Made by a program: the position numbers and the translations under genes. The notes under the pieces were generated by a model. That model saw only the letters and a program-made list of their open reading frames with translations. It was not told the DNA's origin and ran no database searches. Shown one piece after another: positions 20,053 through 29,268 of a DNA stretch of 64,000 bases. This stretch comes from Promethearchaeota archaeon (lineage in GTDB: Archaea; Asgardarchaeota; Lokiarchaeia; Sigyniarchaeales; SOKP01): contig JBHLNF010000010.1 in NCBI GenBank assembly GCA_048937405.1, forward strand, positions 75,764-139,763. The letters are read 5' to 3'. Numbering within the stretch: position 1 is the first letter of the stretch; every line of letters starts with the position of its first letter.

Positions 20053-20707
20053 AAGTGCTTTGATGAATTATCTCTAATTTGTTAAGTGCTTTCTTCAATA
20101 CTTTTCTATTTGATTCCGGATAGTATTTAGAATATTTTACTATTTTTTCTTCAGAAATCCCCTTCATCAATTTAGAGACTTCAATTAATATTCTATTATC
20201 GTTTATATGATTGTATTGCCATAAATAAATCAAATCTAAGATTGTTTTTTCGTGATCTGAATATTTAATTTTATTTTTTATTATTCCAAAATCGAATAAT
20301 ACATTTTTAAAGGTTAAAAATCGAAATTTTTGTCCCAAAATCTCGATTGGTTTACCTTTTAATATCTGATCATTTATTAGATAAAATAATTCATTTTCAT
20401 GTTTATGTTCAATATTATTTAACTCCAATGCGGTATATAGACCGAAATACCAATTTTTAATATTCTTTATCTTTAATCCTTTCGCTACAAGTTCTAAAAT
20501 TGAATATTTTCGTCTATTATGGTTTAACTCTTCTTCAGTTTTCACATAATAGAGATTGTCTAAGATATTTAATAGATAACCACGTGTTACTAAGTAATCG
20601 CTAATCATTCTATAATCTTGATAGAAATCTTTACTATATTCCTGTAATTCCTCAGAAGAAACAAATTCCTTATTATCTTGCTTTATTTTTTTTAGAACTC
20701 GATACAT
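20045..20707 (-). CDS. AbiEi-like (type IV TA antitoxin / COG5340-like) winged-helix protein
   Basis: L..RGYL..I...LYY wHTH, WYFGLYTAL..N and SD.EKTILD motifs. Confidence 0.65.
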   Translation of the reverse strand: MYRVLKKIKQDNKEFVSSEELQEYSKDFYQDYRMISDYLVTRGYLLNILDNLYYVKTEEELNHNRRKYSILELVAKGLKIKNIKNWYFGLYTALELNNIEHKHENELFYLINDQILKGKPIEILGQKFRFLTFKNVLFDFGIIKNKIKYSDHEKTILDLIYLWQYNHINDNRILIEVSKLMKGISEEKIVKYSKYYPESNRKVLKKALNKLEIIHQSTSI

Positions 20708-21090
20708 AAATCTTTTCTAAAAATATGTTTGAATTTGAAAAAATAATGAAAAATTTTAGGCTATAATATATATAATGTACCTTAATTTTTATTTCTTTCA
20801 AATTTTTAAAAAAAAATTATAAATCTTTTAGAATTTTTTAGAAAGAATACTCATTCATTATGTAAATTACTACAATTAAAATTCTAATAAATAAAAAAAA
20901 CTATTTATTTGCAAATATAAATTTTGGGATTTATTTGTTCTGATTTTCGAGATTTTTTATGAGTTTATGACATTTTCTCAAAAGATAAGCTGTAAACCTT
21001 TTCCAATTTATTGTATTTAAAAGAGTAAGAATTATATTATAAATTGAACTAAGTATTATAGCAAAAAGATTAATAACTGCTGTAATAGAG

Positions 21091-21585
21091 GTGCTACTTT
21101 TTAAAATGTATAATGAAATAAAAAATCCTAATTCCGAATATGAAATTACACTAAATAAGCTATCAGCGCAAATTGAAGATCTTTTTAATAAAATTCATTA
21201 TTATCAAGCATTAATAGCGGAAAAGGATTTTCAAATAAAGAAGCTACTTAATGAGAATCAAAGTTTAATAGCGAAGGTTCAAAAATTGTCATTTCACTCA
21301 GGTTCTTCAAGTGAACCAATTCAGAAATCTTATTCTCCATCAACCCTCCCAACAAATAAACAATTAGTTACTCCTCCACAATCTCCACCAATTCCTTTAA
21401 AACAACCAGAATCCTCAATTACTACAAGTGAAGATTCAAGAGTTAATAAAAGAGTATGTCCTAACTGTGGTGCGATGGGTTTTGCTATAAGAGAAGTAGA
21501 TGATAAAAGCAAAATAATTAGTTATATCCCGAGGAGAATTTATGCAAAAAAGAGAGCATGTACTAAATGCAGATACGAATGGTAA
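21091..21585 (+). CDS. Coiled-coil + Pro/Ser linker + C-terminal Zn-ribbon protein
   Basis: Heptad N-terminus, PS-rich linker, CPNCG...CTKC. The real start is probably ATG 21106, since the called GTG is part of GAGGTG. Confidence 0.75.
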   Translation: MLLFKMYNEIKNPNSEYEITLNKLSAQIEDLFNKIHYYQALIAEKDFQIKKLLNENQSLIAKVQKLSFHSGSSSEPIQKSYSPSTLPTNKQLVTPPQSPPIPLKQPESSITTSEDSRVNKRVCPNCGAMGFAIREVDDKSKIISYIPRRIYAKKRACTKCRYEW

Positions 21586-21606
21586 ATCATATTTAATTCT
21601 CCCGTT

Positions 21607-22560
21607 TTATAAAAAAGGACTCAAATTACGTGGAAATAGTTCATAATAATTAGATAAATCATACTGTTTTATTTTGTTCTGAGTTTCTTGAGGAAGTAGA
21701 TCCAAATCTTGTCCTTTTAGAATTAAATTGGTTTCTTCTTCATTAAATTCAGGTCCAGATTCTATCCAATTTATGACTTTTTTATTAGCCGGACAAACTT
21801 TTTGACAATAAAGACATCCAATTAAACAATTATGCCATTTAAGGTCAATCCAATCCGGAAAAGAAATCTCCGGAGGATGTTCATTATGATAAGTAATGCA
21901 TCGTTCTACTCGTAGTAGAACTCGATCAGTTGGGATTGCTCCAGTAGGACATTTTCTGGTACATGCCTGACATTCCTTACACATATCCATCATTTTTAAT
22001 TCTTGCCAACTATCTTCTTCAGTTGGAAAATCAGAATATAGTGTGGTTAGACGATGAAAACTTCCCATTCCTGGTACATAAGTAATATTATTCCTACCAT
22101 ACTCTGCCAAGCTACTTCGTACAGCTAGTGTTTTTTGAGGTAACCTTGCATATGCAACATTATAACCTCTAGGTGTTAATATTTCAGAAAGCAATTTAAT
22201 CATCTGGTCAATTACTTTTCGTCCATATAAATACGTAGGAGGAATTAGTAAAGATATCTTTTTATTATTACAATGAAAGATAGTTTCAAATTGTGGTTGA
22301 GGAACTGCTATAATAAAAAGGGATTTTATGTCAGCAAAATCAACTTTAGACTCAAATTCAAAATAAGACTTATACTCCTCATAAAAATCCGGATCTAAAT
22401 GCTTTGCTTCTAGATGTTTTTTGATATCTTGACGTAATTCTGGAATGTGTTTTGCCGAAATAATCTTTCCTTTATACCCTCTATCGTCCACTACTTTATA
22501 AAATTTCTGAACAATATTGTTTGTATCCACCATAATTATTACTCTTTTTAAATTGAGCAA
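21607..22560 (-). CDS. QueG-like 2x[4Fe-4S] protein (epoxyqueuosine reductase-like family)
   Basis: YGRNN, GSF, CKECQACTRKCPTGAI, RCITY and GCLYCQKVCPAN. Confidence 0.8.
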   Translation of the reverse strand: MLNLKRVIIMVDTNNIVQKFYKVVDDRGYKGKIISAKHIPELRQDIKKHLEAKHLDPDFYEEYKSYFEFESKVDFADIKSLFIIAVPQPQFETIFHCNNKKISLLIPPTYLYGRKVIDQMIKLLSEILTPRGYNVAYARLPQKTLAVRSSLAEYGRNNITYVPGMGSFHRLTTLYSDFPTEEDSWQELKMMDMCKECQACTRKCPTGAIPTDRVLLRVERCITYHNEHPPEISFPDWIDLKWHNCLIGCLYCQKVCPANKKVINWIESGPEFNEEETNLILKGQDLDLLPQETQNKIKQYDLSNYYELFPRNLSPFL

Positions 22561-22773
22561 TAGCTTATATATTTATTCCTTGAGAATTATAACATTATGG
22601 ATAATGAGTTATAATCATTAGCTCTTGTTAAGATCTTCTTATTATTTATAAAATATATCCAAAAAGAAATATTAAAAAAAAAAATATGAAATTTAAATTG
22701 GTTATAACTTTTTTTAAAAAAATGGTCCAAAAGGTTTGGTTTTTATCTCTCCCAAAAAGAAATAAAGAAAATT

Positions 22774-23931
22774 TTAAATCTTTTTAGGAGCGATAACAGA
22801 TTCTTTGTTTACTTCTTTCTGAAGCATTTTAAAAGCTTTTTTTGATGTTGAAAAGGTTTTCGCATTATGTTTTTTAACAATCTCTTTGAGTTCCTCATCA
22901 AATATACGTACAAACACTTCAATATGTGGATAAAAGAGATTAAGTTTAGAAGTAAGGTAAATAGCCTCATCAAATTCAGATTCCTTTTTCCAACATATAA
23001 AAGCTTGAGTTACATCTTTCAGGTTAACATGAGCTTCTAAATCACTCAAGAAACGAGCATAAATTTTTCGGAAATGTAATTGTTTGTTTACTTCAAATTC
23101 AATACCTTCATGAACGTCATCAAAAAGGTAAACTTCCCGATCTGGTTGTTGGGAGATATGATGTGCGATTCGGTGGGTTAAATGATCTCTCCCCATTACT
23201 AGTACTGTACCAGTTTTATTTTTTGTCCATTTATGGATGTCATCCATTGCCCATTTAGAAGTGGAGAAGGAAAATGCATTTAAAGGAGGTTCTCCAAGAT
23301 ATTCTTGTATGTGGTCTTCAAAAGCACGAACATATATTTGACAACTTGGATTCATTTTACGAATCTTTTCAGTACAAATAATAGCAAGTCTAACATCATT
23401 AACATTGATAAAAACTTCTTTAGCAGATTTTACATTTGCCAATTCAAGGCTAGAATTTTCGGTTGCATCACCAACTACAATTGGATGACCAGCATTAAGT
23501 AAGTCTTCTACCAATTCTTCACAATCTTCAATAATAGCGAACCGTTTTTTATTTTTAACACAATATTCTACGATTCTCTCTGATAAATGATGAAGTCCAA
23601 TTATCACAGCATGATTTCTTTGATGAGTAGCAAGAATTCTACTGGTAATAACAGGGTTATACTTTTCAAATAATTCTCCCGTGATGAATCCAAAAAAAAT
23701 TACTTCTAATAAAATTGGCCAAACTATAGCATAAAACTGACCAAAGTCTCCAGTATCAGAAGGAATTCCTACAGTTATTGAAAATAAGATTATTCTGCCA
23801 AGACTATGGTCTGATTCTGTAATAAGAAAGAAAAGAAAACCTATAAACCAAAATAGAAAGAAAAATATAAACTGTAATTTATACTGTTTGAGTTTCAGAT
23901 GGATGGCTATAAAAGCGTTTAGGAGATGCAT
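22774..23931 (-). CDS. 2-TM ion-channel-like protein with TrkA_N/RCK domains
   Basis: Two TM helices flanking TVGIP. HAVIIG and IVVGDAT....LE.AN...A RCK motifs, plus a second degenerate RCK domain. Confidence 0.75.
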   Translation of the reverse strand: MHLLNAFIAIHLKLKQYKLQFIFFFLFWFIGFLFFLITESDHSLGRIILFSITVGIPSDTGDFGQFYAIVWPILLEVIFFGFITGELFEKYNPVITSRILATHQRNHAVIIGLHHLSERIVEYCVKNKKRFAIIEDCEELVEDLLNAGHPIVVGDATENSSLELANVKSAKEVFINVNDVRLAIICTEKIRKMNPSCQIYVRAFEDHIQEYLGEPPLNAFSFSTSKWAMDDIHKWTKNKTGTVLVMGRDHLTHRIAHHISQQPDREVYLFDDVHEGIEFEVNKQLHFRKIYARFLSDLEAHVNLKDVTQAFICWKKESEFDEAIYLTSKLNLFYPHIEVFVRIFDEELKEIVKKHNAKTFSTSKKAFKMLQKEVNKESVIAPKKI

Positions 23932-24135
23932 ATCATATGATAAAGCACAAAAATATAAAAAAGATATGATTCAAAAACGATTAAATTTTATTTTTTTATA
24001 AATTTATTTCTACTGTTTTTATTTTTATTTTTGCTGGATTATCTTTTATTTTACATACCTTTTGGTCATTTTTTTTAAAAAAAGTTATATCCTGTAGATT
24101 CTAGATATAATCAAGAACTAACAATTTAGATTTTT

Positions 24136-25338
24136 ATGAATATATTAAAGAGTACTGATAGAGTTTTAGAGGATTTGTCAATCATAATAAAAGAAACTGC
24201 TAAAGATTGTGAAATATACGAGAAGCGGTGTAATGAAGTTGAATATGACTTTGATACTACGTTAAAAGAATCAACTCTTAGTGAAATTCCATATATTCCT
24301 TGGGGCTTTTTTAAACAATCCAATAATATGTTTAAGGAATTGCTTAGAGGGAATACTTTTGATAAATTAGAGTATTGGATGGAATCGTCTTCTACATGTG
24401 GAGATCCATCTATTATTGGAAGACTTGATAATGACACTGAAGTCTTAAAAGCAAATTATAATGCTGTTTTCAATTCTTTTTCAAAAAAAGAAAAAGTAAA
24501 TAATTTAATCTTATTTGCTCCAGATATGAGAATTATTAACAAAATACGACATAACTTCTATGGAAAAAATGCGTATTTATTATATAAGAGTATTGTTGAT
24601 ATATGGGAGGGACGAAATGTCAACTTCTTATTACAATTCTTTCTTGGAAAAACACTCTTAAAATTGATTACTACCTTTAAAGCTCGTGCTGTAATAGGAA
24701 TTAATGGAGAATTATTAAAATCTGAACTAAACCGTGTTGAGAAAAATAATATCCCAACAATTATGGCTAATTCACCTCTCTGGATGCATAGAGTGTTGAA
24801 GGATTATTATCAAAAAGAAAAAAGAACGTTTGATTTAAGTGATAATTTTTATATTATCACTGGAGGTGGAGGTTGGGATGGAACTAAAGGGAGGATTAAA
24901 CTCGGATATAGCGTGAGAAAACCAGAATTCATAGAACAAATGTGTAATATGTTTAATATAACTCCAGATAAATTTTGTGATAATTTCGCTGCTACTGAAA
25001 GTCCAATGGCATGTGGAGGGCATTGGTCAAGAAAATATGCTGATTTCATTCTGCACGTTAATCATAAGCAAGGACGAATTGTAGTTCGAGATATTGAATC
25101 ATTAGAACCGATTAATAAAACAGGACAACCCGGACTTTTAGAATTGATAACTCCTTATGGTGTTGATAGTTATGCTGGTGTTGCAGTATTATTGGACGAT
25201 ATCGTACAAGTAGAAAATTGGGAAAGATGCCAAGAATGTGGTAGAGAAGGAACTATTTTTAGAGTTCTTGGACGCTTAACACCATCAATAGGAAAAGGAT
25301 GTAGTTCCTTGTTTAGTCTAGATGCATTTAAGTTGTAA
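24136..25338 (+). CDS. LuxE-like acyl-protein synthetase
   Basis: SSSTCGDPS (SSGTSG-like), TGGGGW, PGLLELITP...SY.G.AVL.DD and C-terminal GR.....KGCS. Confidence 0.75.
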   Translation: MNILKSTDRVLEDLSIIIKETAKDCEIYEKRCNEVEYDFDTTLKESTLSEIPYIPWGFFKQSNNMFKELLRGNTFDKLEYWMESSSTCGDPSIIGRLDNDTEVLKANYNAVFNSFSKKEKVNNLILFAPDMRIINKIRHNFYGKNAYLLYKSIVDIWEGRNVNFLLQFFLGKTLLKLITTFKARAVIGINGELLKSELNRVEKNNIPTIMANSPLWMHRVLKDYYQKEKRTFDLSDNFYIITGGGGWDGTKGRIKLGYSVRKPEFIEQMCNMFNITPDKFCDNFAATESPMACGGHWSRKYADFILHVNHKQGRIVVRDIESLEPINKTGQPGLLELITPYGVDSYAGVAVLLDDIVQVENWERCQECGREGTIFRVLGRLTPSIGKGCSSLFSLDAFKL

Positions 25339-25348
25339 ATAATAATGT

Positions 25349-26275
25349 TTAAGGATTGTAATCAGTATGTCTGACACCTAGTTCCTCTAAAAGCGGGATT
25401 AAAAATTCTGTATGAAAATCTCTTATATGCAAAACTTTACCTAAATATAAATCCAAGAATTCTTGAATGTCATATTTTATTTCATTAATATCAATAAAAT
25501 CATGTTCTGGTTCAATTTTTATTTTGTCTAAATTCAAGGGATTTAATTGTTTCTTTACTAAATAACGCATAAATTGTATAAATGTACTCTCAACCAACTG
25601 TTCTTCTTCTTCATTTAATTCATATACTTCATGAGCAATTTTATTTCTTAATTCATCAACATTTTTTGCTAATATATCAAGATTCTTCGGTAAATTTAGA
25701 GCTTCGATTTTTTGTATTACTGTTTTATTATTATAATCTTCAACTTGAGAATCCAGATAATCTATTAAAGTTGTGTAGAAACGTATTAAAAATTTGAAGG
25801 AATCAATGGATTTATCCTCTTTCCATTTATTATAGGAACTTCCCCAATGATCAAAATTTACTTCATCTAAGGCATTTTTTATACTAATTTTTATTTTATC
25901 CACTTTTTCTATAAAATAGTCTGAATAATCCATATAGGGTTTGTTATTCATGTCAAATTGATATTTATGGGTTTTCCCAAATTCCTTAAAACCTCCCAAT
26001 TTTTTTATAAGAGAGGGATCTTCTAATATTTGTTTTTTCCCAATTTCAGCTGCAAATTTTATTAGATATCTACATTCAGGACAATATGTCACATAAGAAC
26101 TCCGAAAAGATGTAAATGGTTTGAGCTCAAGTTGATGCTTACCATTCGGAAATTCTATAAGTTCACCTTTAGATTCTATATGATCAAAATGTGTCTTTTC
26201 AAATTGAAAGGATTCTGGGATAAATTGGCAACCGCAAACAGGACATTTTACCTTCTCTCTTTTTGGTTTCATCAT
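25349..26275 (-). CDS. Zn-ribbon + putative HEPN-domain protein
   Basis: N-terminal CPVC...CPEC. Helical C-terminal half with LRNKIAH (RxxxxH). Confidence 0.6.
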   Translation of the reverse strand: MMKPKREKVKCPVCGCQFIPESFQFEKTHFDHIESKGELIEFPNGKHQLELKPFTSFRSSYVTYCPECRYLIKFAAEIGKKQILEDPSLIKKLGGFKEFGKTHKYQFDMNNKPYMDYSDYFIEKVDKIKISIKNALDEVNFDHWGSSYNKWKEDKSIDSFKFLIRFYTTLIDYLDSQVEDYNNKTVIQKIEALNLPKNLDILAKNVDELRNKIAHEVYELNEEEEQLVESTFIQFMRYLVKKQLNPLNLDKIKIEPEHDFIDINEIKYDIQEFLDLYLGKVLHIRDFHTEFLIPLLEELGVRHTDYNP

Positions 26276-26558
26276 ATCTCACTGATTTATTTTATTTATA
26301 ATAGAATGCCAAGTGATAAGATAGTAAAAACTTATATATTAGGTTTATTGAAAAATTTGACAAAATCTAATATTAAATATTATAATATCTGTAAATTAGT
26401 AAATCCTATATTTAAATGAAATAATGATATGCAATCAAAATTTAGGAAATCTAATCATATTTCAAATAACTGAGGGATAATCACAAACATTTTCATAAGT
26501 ATAGAATATTTAAAGAAAAAAAAAGAATTAATATTAAAATCTTATGCATATTAGCTAT

Positions 26559-26774
26559 TTAGAAGTACTTAATCGCTAATAATATATCGTCTCGTGTTAT
26601 TTTCTTACGTTTTGCGTGTTTAGTTAATTGTAACGCGGTTTTTGTCAATTTCTCTGCAGATGTACCCAACCACTCAACTAATTCATCTACAGCATCACGA
26701 GCAACGATTATAGCCCCATTATGTTTCATTAATCTTCTAATTGGACTCCAACTTATATATTCAGAACCTGCCAT
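26559..26774 (-). CDS. Archaeal histone (HMf-like, single histone fold)
   Basis: SPIRRLMK..GA..VARDA...L......E.....A.....HAKRK.I..DDI.LA. Start at ATG 26774 behind GGAGG. Confidence 0.93.
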   Translation of the reverse strand: MAGSEYISWSPIRRLMKHNGAIIVARDAVDELVEWLGTSAEKLTKTALQLTKHAKRKKITRDDILLAIKYF

Positions 26775-27090
26775 TTTTATTTCCTCCACTTTTTTAATTA
26801 TTTTGTTAATTTTTTACTTAATTTTATTATTTTTTAAGAGAATGTTATATAGATATACATCTTTTATATATTTAAAGATTTATATCCCAATTCAATTTTA
26901 TGGAAATAAAAATCAAAAAAATTAAACGACAAAATTCGAAATTAAAGAGTTGATCAATTTCGTGGAAGTTAAGATTTTTTTATTAATTCATTAAAAATCT
27001 AGTTTTTAAACAAAATATATATTTTCAAGAGAATAAAATAATACAGAAAAAATCAAATTTTATGTTTTTTATTATTAGAACTTAGTATAC

Positions 27091-27984
27091 TTGATAAAAA
27101 TGATATGGAACACAAAAATCACAAAAATGGCTGGAGTCCAGTATCCAATAATAATGGGGGCTTTTTTTAGCATAGGTAAGGCTGAATTCGCAGCAGCTTT
27201 TTCAAATGCGGGAGGATTGGGAATTCTAACAGCGGGAAATTTTAAAACTGTTGATGAGTTCCAAGAAGAAATTGAAAAAATAAAAAATTTGACAAATAAA
27301 CCATATGGTGTAAATTTTACAATAATGCCTCCACAAGTTATGGAAAAAACGGGAAGAGGAAGGACCGAGGAATCTTTTCTTGATTATATAGACATAGCAA
27401 TTGATGCGGGAGTTAGAATTTTTACGACAGCTGCATATAAAGCAGAAAAAATAGGCAAAAAAGTACACGATGCTGATTGTTATTGGTTTCATAAATGCGC
27501 AACAGTAAAACATGCCTTATCAGCTGAAAAAGTAGGGGCTGATGCTGTGACTATTGTAGGGATTGAGGGAACAGGATTCAAAAATCCTTTCCAAAATACA
27601 ACACTTGTAAATATGACCATGGCCAAGAAATTATTAAAAATTCCAGTTATCGCAGCAGGAGGCATTGGAGATGCGAGAGGTTTTCTTGCAGCTCTTGCTA
27701 TGGGAGCTGATGCCGTATGTTTTGGAACAGCAATTATTCCAACTAAAGAAAGTCCTGCCTCAAACTCATGGAAAGAGTCAATATTAAACCAAGATATTTT
27801 TGACGAGAATTTTTATAGGAAAATTTTCCATTTTCAATCAAGAGACTCTGGAATTGGCTCTATGGCTGCTGGTCATTGCAATGAAATTTTCTCACTTAAA
27901 GAATTTATTGATAATATCATATCAAATGCTGAAAAAATCTTACAAAAATGGGGATATCAGGGTAATAAATTCAATACTTTGTGA
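27091..27984 (+). CDS. Nitronate monooxygenase / FabK-like flavoprotein
   Basis: YPII.G, SNAGGLG, KPYGVN and PVIAAGGIGDARG..AALAMGAD motifs. Confidence 0.9.
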   Translation: MIKMIWNTKITKMAGVQYPIIMGAFFSIGKAEFAAAFSNAGGLGILTAGNFKTVDEFQEEIEKIKNLTNKPYGVNFTIMPPQVMEKTGRGRTEESFLDYIDIAIDAGVRIFTTAAYKAEKIGKKVHDADCYWFHKCATVKHALSAEKVGADAVTIVGIEGTGFKNPFQNTTLVNMTMAKKLLKIPVIAAGGIGDARGFLAALAMGADAVCFGTAIIPTKESPASNSWKESILNQDIFDENFYRKIFHFQSRDSGIGSMAAGHCNEIFSLKEFIDNIISNAEKILQKWGYQGNKFNTL

Positions 27985-28124
27985 GATTTATTACTTTTTA
28001 TTTTAAGGTAGAATCTCTCAAGCAGAAGTTACATATAAAAATATTGATCTCTTAAAATCATAAGAAATCTTTTAAAATTAGATAGAGCAAATTAATTCAA
28101 TAGATAAAGAGCACTGAAAAATTT

Positions 28125-28679
28125 TTAAACTTTTATAAAGATCCCTGCGAATCTTTTACCGACTTTTGATAATCCAATTTTAGCAAATTCCCATTTTGAA
28201 ATTTCTCCTTCCTTGCATTTTTGCCAAGAATTCTTGAGGACTTTCCAATCTGAACCTAAATTTTCTTTCATATAATCTTCAATATTCTCATTTTTCTCCA
28301 TAAGTTGTTCAATTAAAGTTGCTACATCTGAAATATCTAATCTAATCTTCTTAGTATCTTCCCTTATTTCAGAAATCTTAGAATCCATTTCTTTTACCTT
28401 GTTATAGAGTTTAGCCAGCCGTTTATGTTTAGGATCCAAATTTCTGAACTTTTTTATCATATTTTTCCATGAATTCTTAAATTTTCCCCAATCACTCTCA
28501 ACATTTTTCTTTACTTCTAAGAAATACTCCCCAGATTTTTCAGAAAATTCTTCAATATCATCTCTCATGTCTATAAAAAATTGGCTGAGTGGATTTTTTT
28601 TATCCTCTTGTATTAATAAAATATCATTTTCATTTTGAGGTATTTCTTTATCGTCAGATTCTTTCATTTTCTTGATCAA
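28125..28679 (-). CDS. Uncharacterised coiled-coil protein
   Basis: Heptad-rich centre and a helical C-terminal domain LGSDW..LK..W..CK.GEISK. Confidence 0.7.
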   Translation of the reverse strand: MIKKMKESDDKEIPQNENDILLIQEDKKNPLSQFFIDMRDDIEEFSEKSGEYFLEVKKNVESDWGKFKNSWKNMIKKFRNLDPKHKRLAKLYNKVKEMDSKISEIREDTKKIRLDISDVATLIEQLMEKNENIEDYMKENLGSDWKVLKNSWQKCKEGEISKWEFAKIGLSKVGKRFAGIFIKV

Positions 28680-28885
28680 CCTTGGAATTCTATTTATATT
28701 TATCTTAAGAATAAATAAGAATTGATAACTATTTATTACTAATGGTTTCTCTCGATTTGGATAACACTTTAAAGATACAAAAACCTTTGGATCAATAATA
28801 CTATTGGAAATTAAGGCTTTTCAAATTATAAAAAAAAACTTTACTATTATTTATAAGATAAAATAATCAATTGTGAGAAAGGAAT

Positions 28886-29059
28886 TTGGCAAAGAAAAGA
28901 ATTAAGAAAAAAGAAAAGAAAAATGAAAAATTTAATATAAAAAGCTCTGAAGTAAAGGAATATGGAGTTGTTTTAACTAAAGATGAAAAATATCGTCATC
29001 GTATTTATCCGCAAAAGGGAAAAATCCCCGAAGATGATGAGGACTATAAAATCGTGTAA
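28886..29059 (+). CDS. 57-aa small protein, basic N-terminus and acidic C-terminus (not in ORF track)
   Basis: TTG start, MAKKRIKKKEKKNEKF...PEDDEDYKIV*, followed by a T12 tract. Confidence 0.55.
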   Translation: MAKKRIKKKEKKNEKFNIKSSEVKEYGVVLTKDEKYRHRIYPQKGKIPEDDEDYKIV

Positions 29060-29080
29060 TTTTATTACTAAATATTTCTC

Positions 29081-29092
29081 TTTTTTTTTTTT
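29081..29092 (+). terminator. Poly-T archaeal-type terminator candidate
   Basis: T12 run 22 nt after the stop of 28886-29059. Confidence 0.4.
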
Positions 29093-29268
29093 GGAAGAGC
29101 TGGTTTCTGAAATTAATAGCATGAGTAATTTATTTGGAAATTATTAATGTTCTAAAGGAATCAAAGTTAATTAGAACAAGAAAGATTGAAGTTTAAAAGA
29201 AGTGTTTCGCTATTGCATGTATCATGTTATCAAAACTAGGAAAATTTACCTAATCTTATTTAAAATTA

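Noticed and set aside
21607-22560. Reductive dehalogenase partnering the haloalkane dehalogenase
   Set aside because: No Tat signal or RdhB anchor. The motifs fit the broad QueG-like family.
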